From the IMG/VR virus record IMGVR_UViG_3300003324_000404: a stretch of 20,000 bases of DNA. One strand, 5' to 3'. The position numbers were made by a program, and so were the translations under genes. Of the stretch, positions 6,133 through 14,342 are shown piece by piece. Origin of the DNA: an uncultured virus (IMG/VR IMGVR_UViG_3300003324_000404) (lineage: Duplodnaviria > Heunggongvirae > Uroviricota > Caudoviricetes). The notes under the pieces were generated by a model. It was given only the letters and a program-made list of their open reading frames with translations. It made no database searches and had not been told where the DNA came from. Each line of letters opens with the position of its first letter. Position 1 is the first letter of the stretch.

Positions 6133-6192
6133 TGGGGTCTCCTTTCATTGGGATTCATTATAGGCCATGAATCCCTTGCGACCCAGTGGTGT

Positions 6193-6522
6193 CTAGGAGA
6201 TGTCTTCGCGTCGGACGTTCAGAGTGATGTTCTGGCCATTCTTGAGCGTGTCTGGGTGTTCGTTCCAGTCGACGCTCTGATAGACCTGTCCGTCCTGCAT
6301 GTCCTTGTGAAGGACTAAGTCACCAGCGCCGTCGTAATCGCTAGCCGCTTTCCGCAGAAAGAGCCCCAGGAACGTAGCGACGACAGCGATGGTACCGGCA
6401 ACCTCGTTCTCCTTGGGGAGATCCCAAAGAGCGTCGAGTCCCAGATAGGCTGTGGCGAGCCCAGGGCAAACGACCATGACGAATAGCTTGAGCCGGTCGT
6501 ACCACTTGTTATTCACTTGCAT
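6193..6522 (-). CDS. holin (Dp-1 family-like)
   Basis: NKWYDRLK...PGLATAY...WDLP...EVAGTIAVVATFLGLFL pattern with two TM helices, located after the tail genes. Confidence 0.8.
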   Translation of the reverse strand: MQVNNKWYDRLKLFVMVVCPGLATAYLGLDALWDLPKENEVAGTIAVVATFLGLFLRKAASDYDGAGDLVLHKDMQDGQVYQSVDWNEHPDTLKNGQNITLNVRREDIS

Positions 6523-6535
6523 ATACCGCTCCCCT

Positions 6536-7129
6536 TCAGTTTGCTAAACAGGTGGTGAAGTCTTGAACAGTGGGCAAGGGGTTAGTTACCAACTTGCCTC
6601 TGTTCTTCTGTGCCACTTCCAAGAACCGCTGCAGAGCCTGGTAGTAGTCTCTACCGGCTTTCTGCCGTCTTTCCTCAGAGTAAGGTGGCTTGTGACGCAG
6701 AATATCGAACAAGTCCGACTGCGCCTGTTGCAGATCGATGTTGGCCGAAGCGACTTCTGTCGTGTATGTTCCCCGTTCATTCAGAGACTCCAGCACATCA
6801 GCCAGAGTTGTCTGAAGACATACAACAACCTCTTCGATTCGATCTTGAGATGCCTGGACGTCGTTGCTCGCCTTTTGGCTGACAATCGCTGCCCAAGCCG
6901 TGATTGCAACGATTACCAAAACTGCAAAGTTGGCAACCCAGGGATAGCGCATGAACCCGGATTCGTTGCCTTCGTGGTGGTTTCCGAGGTTTTCTTTCAC
7001 GATCGTGTCCACCTCATCCAACTCCTCCTTTATCTCTTTCATGCCTTGCATGAGTCGAGTGAGGTAGCCTAAGACGAAACCGATTGACAGCCCAACGAAG
7101 AGGGCGAGCAATCGGTCGTCAAACGCCAT
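6536..7129 (-). CDS. membrane protein, 197 aa (lysis-cassette neighbour)
   Basis: Two hydrophobic segments plus a helical soluble domain; adjacent to the holin. Confidence 0.8.
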   Translation of the reverse strand: MAFDDRLLALFVGLSIGFVLGYLTRLMQGMKEIKEELDEVDTIVKENLGNHHEGNESGFMRYPWVANFAVLVIVAITAWAAIVSQKASNDVQASQDRIEEVVVCLQTTLADVLESLNERGTYTTEVASANIDLQQAQSDLFDILRHKPPYSEERRQKAGRDYYQALQRFLEVAQKNRGKLVTNPLPTVQDFTTCLAN

Positions 7130-7346
7130 CGTCCTCCTCCTTCTTTGGCAGGTCCTTCTTCTCGTTGGGGGGTTGTTTGACTAGCTTCTCCTTTTGGGTC
7201 AGAACGTAGCCCAAGATTGCGCCTACCCCAGTAACCGCAGTGGCATTTTTGCCGACATCCAGCCCAATCTCTGGGCCAATCAGCATGACAACAGCGCCTA
7301 ACACGCCAACGACGAAGAGGACATTGAAATGCCACTGCTTCATCAT
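7119..7346 (-). CDS. small 2-TM membrane protein with charged tail (possible second holin-like protein)
   Basis: Two hydrophobic helices and a K/E-rich C-terminus. Confidence 0.75.
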   Translation of the reverse strand: MMKQWHFNVLFVVGVLGAVVMLIGPEIGLDVGKNATAVTGVGAILGYVLTQKEKLVKQPPNEKKDLPKKEEDDGV

Positions 7347-7364
7347 GCTGGTTCGTTGACCTTT

Positions 7365-8525
7365 CTAGGAAAGTTTCGAAGACAACGTCGGGTATCCAAC
7401 CTCGCCGTTTTCGTCTTTGCTGCGAATGAATTCGGTCACGAACTGGTTCGCTGAACCATATCTTCCTTGTACCTTGACTTTATCACCGAGTCGGTAATCT
7501 TTGCCGTACTTGAAGTTGATGAACGGGGAGATTTGAGCGTCCACCGTGTGTTCGCGAGCGCCTTCTTTGCGCACGGCCCGAAGGCCAAGATCTTCAAGAC
7601 TCTCTTCGAAGTCGTCGGCATCTTCACCGTCTTCCTTCGATCCTCCGTCTACGAAAGTGTCTCGACGATTCCAGCCCGTGTTTGTGCCTGGAAGTTCGTC
7701 TGGATCGGTGTAGTAGTGGTTGCGAGGGTCCCCCACAACATACGCACCGGTCTTGAGCTTTGCACTCGAAAAGACATACTTCGGGTGATCAAGATGGCCA
7801 GCTTTGTAGCTGAATACCACTTCATCAGTCAGATCGCGGCCCTTGTAGATGTCAAACCTACAGTTGAGAATATCTTCCACAAGCTCTGTGCTGAAAGCAC
7901 CGCCGCTTCCGAAATTCACTTTGCGACCTGTCGTTCCATTTGGACGGATGATGCGAATTCCCAACTTCCCTGAAACCAGGAAAGTCAGAAGCTGCTCGTA
8001 TATGTTGCCGTTCTGGATCTTACGAGCTTTGACGGGGCCATCGTCGGTTCCTGCCGGCATTGAGACCGTCACAACGACGTGAGGCAACTCGTTTCCAGCA
8101 GGATAGGTAGAGCTCGCACGGAGAATATCATCCCCCGTACCATTCGCTACCGCAGTCCAGACCAATGCAGCACAAGCTTCCTTGAGAGTGTACTTGTGTT
8201 GCATCTTGACCGTCTTGCCATATGGAGCGTTCTTCCAAACCCTGTTCTCCAGGAAGGCATCGATAGTCCTCCCCTTGATGACGAGTTCATCCACCCCGTC
8301 ATCGTTCTCCTCGATCTCGTGCGAATCCACCATCATGACTTCGTTGCTGTCCAGCAGGGTGCAGAGACTACGTTCGGGTAAAAGGTCCCGTGTATAGTCA
8401 ATATCCTGCGTGTGGAGCTCGAAATCACCACATGGTTGGTAACGCTCGGTCCAGATGAGAGTGGAATATCCCTCCACGAGCTCCTTGACTGAGAAGTCGT
8501 TTCGGTTCATCGTGAGAAGATCCAT
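7365..8525 (-). CDS. minor tail / baseplate hub protein (ReqiPepy6 Gp37-like)
   Basis: Start at MDLLTM (TGATG overlap). 'YSTLIWTERYQPCGDFELH' and 'YGKDYRLGDKV' motifs; second gene after the tape measure. Confidence 0.85.
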   Translation of the reverse strand: MDLLTMNRNDFSVKELVEGYSTLIWTERYQPCGDFELHTQDIDYTRDLLPERSLCTLLDSNEVMMVDSHEIEENDDGVDELVIKGRTIDAFLENRVWKNAPYGKTVKMQHKYTLKEACAALVWTAVANGTGDDILRASSTYPAGNELPHVVVTVSMPAGTDDGPVKARKIQNGNIYEQLLTFLVSGKLGIRIIRPNGTTGRKVNFGSGGAFSTELVEDILNCRFDIYKGRDLTDEVVFSYKAGHLDHPKYVFSSAKLKTGAYVVGDPRNHYYTDPDELPGTNTGWNRRDTFVDGGSKEDGEDADDFEESLEDLGLRAVRKEGAREHTVDAQISPFINFKYGKDYRLGDKVKVQGRYGSANQFVTEFIRSKDENGEVGYPTLSSKLS

Positions 8526-9358
8526 CAGACCCCCCAGTACTGAGCAGTGAACGACAAAGGGCCCTTCCACTGCCACTTCGTGGTCCCCGGAGGAACCTTG
8601 AAGATGTTGTAGCCGGGGTGAAGCGTGATCCACTCAGAGTCTTCTCGAAGAATGCCCATTTTGTTCTGGACAGTTCCTCCTTGCTTGTTCCAGTGGATAT
8701 AGCGCTGACCAGGAATCGTAGAGACCGAAAGAACGTCTCCGATATTGAAGCCCTTGTCGAAAGTCATCCCAATTGAGTCGTCTTCAGCGACACGCAAATA
8801 CCAGTGGTTCATTGTGTCGGTGAACTTAACAGCGAACTGGAATCCCGCTTCTGCTGTTCCCGGGTTGTAAACGTTGGGATTTGTCTCACTCAGCGCCGAT
8901 GCGGGGTATGACGTAGCCGCAGGAGCCCTGAACTTGTCCTGTAGGCAACGAAGCGTGATCTGGACAGCAGGATCCTTGGCGAACAAAGCCGCCTCAAATC
9001 GAGTGCAGTACGCCTCGACAGTGGAGTGAAGAACTCCACCAGCCATAAGGTCGATCCAGACCTTTGGGTCGTAACCCGTCCTGAGCATGGTGTAGAGATT
9101 GTTTCGGAGATTCTTAACGTCTCCGTGCAGCATGATGAGCGCAACGATGTCGCGATCATCAGACTCGATTCCCTGAAACCTTCCCCCCGAGCCAGTCTTG
9201 GCGATTGCCACAGTCTGGTCCGGGGGGTCAAGCCCGTCGATGTTCTTCACCACATACGGATCTGCATCCGTAGAGTAGGGGGTGAAGGGCAAGTTCACCA
9301 GGTCAAGCCCACGAAGCCGGATCGATGTGATCACAGGCGTTCTCAGCAATACTGTCAC
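8525..9358 (-). CDS. distal tail (Dit)-like minor tail protein
   Basis: Directly follows the tape measure; 277 aa with 'YVVKNIDGLDPP' and 'WITLHPGYN' motifs. Confidence 0.8.
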   Translation of the reverse strand: MTVLLRTPVITSIRLRGLDLVNLPFTPYSTDADPYVVKNIDGLDPPDQTVAIAKTGSGGRFQGIESDDRDIVALIMLHGDVKNLRNNLYTMLRTGYDPKVWIDLMAGGVLHSTVEAYCTRFEAALFAKDPAVQITLRCLQDKFRAPAATSYPASALSETNPNVYNPGTAEAGFQFAVKFTDTMNHWYLRVAEDDSIGMTFDKGFNIGDVLSVSTIPGQRYIHWNKQGGTVQNKMGILREDSEWITLHPGYNIFKVPPGTTKWQWKGPLSFTAQYWGV

Positions 9359-12300
9359 TGGCCCTTCACCTCCTTAAAGAGAGCAATTTGAGACTTGGTT
9401 GAACGGTAGATTTCCACCCTGTTCGCTGGCTTGGGCGACAGAATGGTTTGGTTGAAGTTGTACGTCTCGTTGATCGACGCTGCTTCAATCCCACGCCGGC
9501 GGCTCTCGTTTGCCGAAATATCTTGAGCCCTGCGGCCCGATACTCCAGCATTGATGGTGTGTCGTCCGGACAGGGCTCCACTGATCTCGGAGGCGTCCCT
9601 AGCTAGCTGACTGAGATCCAGAACCGGGGTGATCTTGGGCTTGATCCCTTCCAGAGAATCGCCCATCGCCCGACTCTTGTTGAACGCGAAACGCATCGCG
9701 TCCAGGCTCTTGTTTGCCAGATCCTCAGATGCCCTTTCTGCTGAATTGGCATGCTTAGAGATTCCGTCAGCCAGACCCTTAGCGATCCACTGACCAACAT
9801 CATCTCGCATAACCTTGGAGGGACTTTCGATTCCGAGCCGATCTCTGATCCAGCCCGGGATATGATCCGCAACCCACTCGAGCTTCTCCTGGACCCAATG
9901 CCAGGCATCTTCGATGCCGTTGACAACACCGTCGAGAAGGTTTCCGCCGATGTCCTTACCCCAGTTCAGCATGTCGTCCATCCAGCCAAAGAGCTTGTCT
10001 TTGACTCCTTGGATGATCCCCGAGATTGCCGCCTTGACGGTAGTGAGACCGTTGTTAAACTTTTCCTTCAGTCCAGCGAACCAGTCACCAACAGCATTCT
10101 TGATGTTGGTCAGAGTTTCCTTGACGTTCGTCAGTCGCTTGAACGCACCGATAATGTCGTCGATTGCTCCCGAACTCTGACCCCGCAGAAGCGCGATAGA
10201 GCCCGCAAGCAACGCAAGCGCGGCCGCACCGATGACGATTGCAGCAGCAAGGACGATAATCGCGGCGCTGAAGATGACAACAGCCGCTGCCAGAATGACA
10301 AGACCTGCGCCACCGATAATTGCGCCGGCCCCGAGTGCAACAAACGCAGCCGCGGCAAGCGCAAACGTCCCAAGCGAGTTTCCAAGAACATCCACCAGCA
10401 AGGTTACCCCATCGCCGATGGCCTGGAACGCTGCCGGACCCACAACCGCAATGATGCCCAAAGCAAAGGCAAAGGCAAGGATGCCCAAGCCCGCTAGAGC
10501 AATTCCCTGACCCACGAGCAATGCCGCAGCACCGAACGCCAGCATCACTGGTGTAAGAGGAGCCAGTGCTCCTGCAGCAATCACGAGAGCGGTGAAACCC
10601 AGCGTGATGAACACGAATGCCTTTGTCAGCTTGTCTGCCGGGATGGCCGACAACAGCTTGAGTGCTGCTGCAATGACGAAGATGGCTGCAGCACCAGCCA
10701 GAAGGCCGAGAGCTCCACCGCTCGCTAGAACCTTACCGGCAAGACCAACCGCGCCCAACGTCACGACAATAGCAACAAGGCTATTACTGAGAGCCTCCGC
10801 ATTGATGCCCGAAATCTTCTCGAGAGCGTTTGCCAAGACCAGGAGGCCCGCCGAAGCAATCAGCAAGCCAACTGATCCCCTGAGTGCAAATTTGCCGAAC
10901 GCACGCATGGCCAGACCGATGCCGATAATCACCGCGGCAGCCTTACCGCCACCGTCGATGATCATGCCCCAATCGAGATTGGCGTAGAACTTCAGAGTTC
11001 CAGCAAAGGCCACAAGAGCCGCCGACAGAATGAGCAAAGCCGCAGCAGTTGCAAGGATCGTAGCGCCGCCACCGGTCTTGCTCAGAATTGCAGTGGCTGC
11101 AACAATACCGCCAACAACAAGCCCAACAGCCTTTAGACCCTGAACGAGCTCTTCGGGCTTAAGCTTACCCAGAATAGCAACTGCTCCGGCAAGGATCACA
11201 ATAGCCGTAGCGAACGCCACCATTGCAACGCCGAGGCCTGACATAGCAAGACTCTTCTTGCTGACGTCCTTGATGCTCATTCCGGAATCGCCCTTGAGAA
11301 GTACTCTCATAGAGACAGTCAACGCAGACATCAAACCCGCAATTGCGGCCATAGAGTAACCCAACTGCTTTGCGTCGAGCTTCGACAGCAAATATGCAGC
11401 GCCAGCCAGAAGCGCCACTGAGATTGCGATCTTTCGGATGATGTCTGCCTTGATGTCCGACTGCATGGTCTTGAGGTTGTCGGTGATCTGATTAAGAACA
11501 CCACCCGCACTACTTGCAATCCCCTTGAACGCGTTCGCAACCTTGATTGCTGCAAGCAAGAACCCACCGGTCAACAGTGTGTTGATGATGTTCAAGAAGC
11601 TGTCGAGGTCCATGTTCTCCATGGCGTCGGCAAACGCACGGCCCAAGCCCTCAACGAAGAGACCCAGACCCGTGGCCATCACTTCGAACACATTCCTGAG
11701 GCCTTCAAGAAGCTTCGGACCTGCAGACTCGATTCCGTCCACAATGCCCAGAACGACGTTCACACCTATCGGCACCAAGGCCTCAGCCGGCGAGTGAATA
11801 CCGAGCGCATCCTTGATCCACTGGACCATGTTGTTAGCCAGGTCCACGATGGCATTCTGGAGCTGGTAACCTACCGAGCCACTGAAGCCTTCAAGAATAC
11901 CGCCGATGAAGTTGTCTGCGACGGCCTTACCCTGAGAAGCCAAATTCTTAGCAGTGTCGGCAATGTGGCTGAACACGTCGCCAAGAGGCCTAAGCGCTTT
12001 GACCAGCGCAATGACCATGCTTTGCAGACGGCGGAAGATCAAGTAGAGAGTTGTACTCTTCTCGGCCTTCTTGAAGAAGTCGCTTACTGCCTTAGCACCC
12101 TTGGTAAAGAAGTCAACAAACGAGCTTCCTGCTCCGCTAGAGAACAAACCGAAGAAGAGCTTGATCAGTCCGATTCCCTTGCCGATCAAGGTAAAGACGA
12201 ACTTGATGGCACTGAATATCGCGACAAACACCTCTCGAATGGCGTGCATCGTCTTGACGTTGAGTCGGAACAGCTCGAAGAAATCGTGGAATCCGCGGCT

Positions 12301-13587
12301 GAAGGCTGTCAGCGCTTTGCCAGTGGCCGGCGGGAACACTTCCTTGAACGCGTTCTTGATCGGAACGAAGAGTCGAAGAAGATCCTTGAAGGCCTGCTTG
12401 ATGCCCTGCAGGAGCTGGAATCTTCCGCCGAGCTTGTTCCAGTCGTTCAGAACATGGTTGATCTTTCCGAAGAAACTACCGATCCCGTCGGTGATGAAGG
12501 TGGTGACTCCGGTCCAAAGTTTCTTGGACTTCTCGAAGTTACCGAAGATGTTCTGGAACACCTTGGCCCAACCAGAACCGATAGATTCCTTGATGACGTC
12601 ATAGGCCTGACCAATGGTCTTGACCTGAGTCGCAGAATCGATCGATGCCTGCGAAAGCCTGTTCAGCTCCTTCGCGGCCTCTTCCGAATATCCCATGCCC
12701 TTGAGCTGCTCGACAGTGAAAGCCGTGTACTTTCCGGTTGTCTTGTCGAGCTGACCAGCCATCACCTTCATAGTCTTGGTGAAGATGTCGCCAGTCAACC
12801 AGCCCTCAGTCAGGGAATCGCGGAAGCTTCCCGTCTTCTCAATGGCGGCTTGCATGGCAGCGCCCTGGTCTTCGCCAGCCTTGGCAGTTTCCTGCAATGC
12901 CTTCTGGATGTTAGTACCACCCATATTGGCGTTGGCTAGCGAGTTCCAGTCCATCAGTCGGATGACGCCAGTGCTCAGCGCCTGCGACATCTGGTACATA
13001 GCGCTGTTGAGCTGCTCAGAAGTGGCACCAGACAAGGCTGCCGTGTTGGCCATACCCTTGATGGCTGCTGTGGCCGGCCCCATCGCGACACCAGCAGCCG
13101 TAAATCGACCAATGCTCTGTGCCATCTGCGAGAAGTTGTAGATGGTCAGGTCGGAGTACTTGTTCAACTGCTGCAACGTAGCGTTGACAGCAGGAAGTTT
13201 GGCCCCGGTGTTGGCGATAATCGTCTGAATGGAACTCAGGTTGGTTCCATACTCCTGGAAACCCTGAGTGAACGGATCGACGATCAGACTCTTACCCATT
13301 CTGAGGGCAGAGTCCACCACCTTGTTGGTAATGTTGGAGATGGCTGTCACCGCAATGGTCGTCAGTGCGATCCACTTCTTGCTGATGCCGTCAACGGCAT
13401 CGGCCATGGGCTGCATGCTGAAACGGCCGACAGACCGGTTGATGTCCTCAAGACCGCGACCCGCGTTCTGGAACTGCAACGACGACTTCAGCTTGTCGAG
13501 GGATCCGAGGGACTGTGCAACACCGGACTCGAACTGCTTGTTGTCAAAGTGCATTGCTACAATTTGATCTTCAACGGTGTTGCTCAT
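9355..13587 (-). CDS. tape measure protein
   Basis: 1410 aa, Ala/Gly-rich and helical, with a long hydrophobic region and an N-terminal tape-measure domain (LNKYSDLTIYNFSQM). Confidence 0.95.
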   Translation of the reverse strand: MSNTVEDQIVAMHFDNKQFESGVAQSLGSLDKLKSSLQFQNAGRGLEDINRSVGRFSMQPMADAVDGISKKWIALTTIAVTAISNITNKVVDSALRMGKSLIVDPFTQGFQEYGTNLSSIQTIIANTGAKLPAVNATLQQLNKYSDLTIYNFSQMAQSIGRFTAAGVAMGPATAAIKGMANTAALSGATSEQLNSAMYQMSQALSTGVIRLMDWNSLANANMGGTNIQKALQETAKAGEDQGAAMQAAIEKTGSFRDSLTEGWLTGDIFTKTMKVMAGQLDKTTGKYTAFTVEQLKGMGYSEEAAKELNRLSQASIDSATQVKTIGQAYDVIKESIGSGWAKVFQNIFGNFEKSKKLWTGVTTFITDGIGSFFGKINHVLNDWNKLGGRFQLLQGIKQAFKDLLRLFVPIKNAFKEVFPPATGKALTAFSRGFHDFFELFRLNVKTMHAIREVFVAIFSAIKFVFTLIGKGIGLIKLFFGLFSSGAGSSFVDFFTKGAKAVSDFFKKAEKSTTLYLIFRRLQSMVIALVKALRPLGDVFSHIADTAKNLASQGKAVADNFIGGILEGFSGSVGYQLQNAIVDLANNMVQWIKDALGIHSPAEALVPIGVNVVLGIVDGIESAGPKLLEGLRNVFEVMATGLGLFVEGLGRAFADAMENMDLDSFLNIINTLLTGGFLLAAIKVANAFKGIASSAGGVLNQITDNLKTMQSDIKADIIRKIAISVALLAGAAYLLSKLDAKQLGYSMAAIAGLMSALTVSMRVLLKGDSGMSIKDVSKKSLAMSGLGVAMVAFATAIVILAGAVAILGKLKPEELVQGLKAVGLVVGGIVAATAILSKTGGGATILATAAALLILSAALVAFAGTLKFYANLDWGMIIDGGGKAAAVIIGIGLAMRAFGKFALRGSVGLLIASAGLLVLANALEKISGINAEALSNSLVAIVVTLGAVGLAGKVLASGGALGLLAGAAAIFVIAAALKLLSAIPADKLTKAFVFITLGFTALVIAAGALAPLTPVMLAFGAAALLVGQGIALAGLGILAFAFALGIIAVVGPAAFQAIGDGVTLLVDVLGNSLGTFALAAAAFVALGAGAIIGGAGLVILAAAVVIFSAAIIVLAAAIVIGAAALALLAGSIALLRGQSSGAIDDIIGAFKRLTNVKETLTNIKNAVGDWFAGLKEKFNNGLTTVKAAISGIIQGVKDKLFGWMDDMLNWGKDIGGNLLDGVVNGIEDAWHWVQEKLEWVADHIPGWIRDRLGIESPSKVMRDDVGQWIAKGLADGISKHANSAERASEDLANKSLDAMRFAFNKSRAMGDSLEGIKPKITPVLDLSQLARDASEISGALSGRHTINAGVSGRRAQDISANESRRRGIEAASINETYNFNQTILSPKPANRVEIYRSTKSQIALFKEVKGQ

Positions 13588-13973
13588 ACCTTCTTCACCT
13601 CCTCAAAGACAGCCTTCGCGATTTCGTCGAAGAGCGGTTGGATGACCGGATTGATGTAATCCCGGCCGATCACGTAGCCGCCTGTGCGAGTACCGTGACC
13701 GTACTGGATGAGAATTGCAATGATCTGTCCATCCTCTACGTGACTGTTGTGAAAGTCGAGGTAGTACTGACCGTTTTGCTGACCAGTTGTGTAGTACCAT
13801 CCGGCCGCAGTTTCACCACTCTCAACCGGTGTGGCCGACCTAAGGGCCTCAACCCCGCGGGGGCCATAGCGGTTGAGAATAGTCAGAATGCGATTCTGCT
13901 TCAGCCTGTTGAGGTAGGCAGTGGTTTTGCGAAAGTTTCCAGATGCCGAAAGCGTGATCATTCCGCGTGCCAC
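13584..13973 (-). CDS. virion neck/tail-completion protein (HK97 gp10-like)
   Basis: 'ATPVESGETAAGW' and 'IQYGHGTRTGGYVIGRDYINP' motifs. Confidence 0.7.
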   Translation of the reverse strand: MARGMITLSASGNFRKTTAYLNRLKQNRILTILNRYGPRGVEALRSATPVESGETAAGWYYTTGQQNGQYYLDFHNSHVEDGQIIAILIQYGHGTRTGGYVIGRDYINPVIQPLFDEIAKAVFEEVKKV

Positions 13974-13986
13974 TGCCTACCCCCCT

Positions 13987-14334
13987 TCAGGGCTGATCGA
14001 TGGTGTACTTGTCTCCGTTGAACACTCCCTTGATGGTCAGCATCAGAATACCGCCTACCAAGAGAACTGCAACGGATGGTTGCGCGTGACGATAGAAGAG
14101 CTCGATGTTGCCTTCTGCCGCCGCTAAGCACCAAAGAAACTGACACATCCAAATATCCCGCATTTTGGGTGTCCAGAGGTGCTTTCTTTCCCTTCGTGCA
14201 ACGTAAAGACTCCACATTGCCGCAAAGGCCAGAAGGACAATCGTCAAACGAAGCCCTTGCTGCCATACGACATATAGAACCCAGAGCGGAACGTTACAAA
14301 GGAGAAAGAGAGCCACTGTTTTTCTCCGTGGCAT
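13987..14334 (-). CDS. membrane protein, 115 aa
   Basis: Three to four hydrophobic segments; GGAGGGA RBS. Confidence 0.75.
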   Translation of the reverse strand: MPRRKTVALFLLCNVPLWVLYVVWQQGLRLTIVLLAFAAMWSLYVARRERKHLWTPKMRDIWMCQFLWCLAAAEGNIELFYRHAQPSVAVLLVGGILMLTIKGVFNGDKYTIDQP

Positions 14335-14342
14335 AATCCCTC

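Larger units (their letters stand above)
2889..6181 (-). repeat. array of 13 dispersed 27-bp motifs (TCGC-N8-C-N6-TATAAT-GA) delimiting single-gene or single-RNA units
   Basis: Copies at 2889-2915, 3034-3060, 3191-3217, 3426-3452, 3717-3743, 4014-4040, 4293-4319, 4546-4572, 4859-4885, 5140-5166, 5438-5464, 5756-5782 and 6155-6181. All are gap-free with invariant TCGC and C13. Confidence 0.95.

Noticed and set aside
2889..6181. CRISPR array interpretation of the repeats
   Set aside because: The repeats are degenerate, the intervening segments are over 100 bp and mostly whole genes with RBS and terminator, and no cas genes are present.
2889..6181. True integron with attC sites
   Set aside because: No integrase is in the window and no GTTRRRY/RYYYAAC core sites were recognised. 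The resemblance is architectural only.
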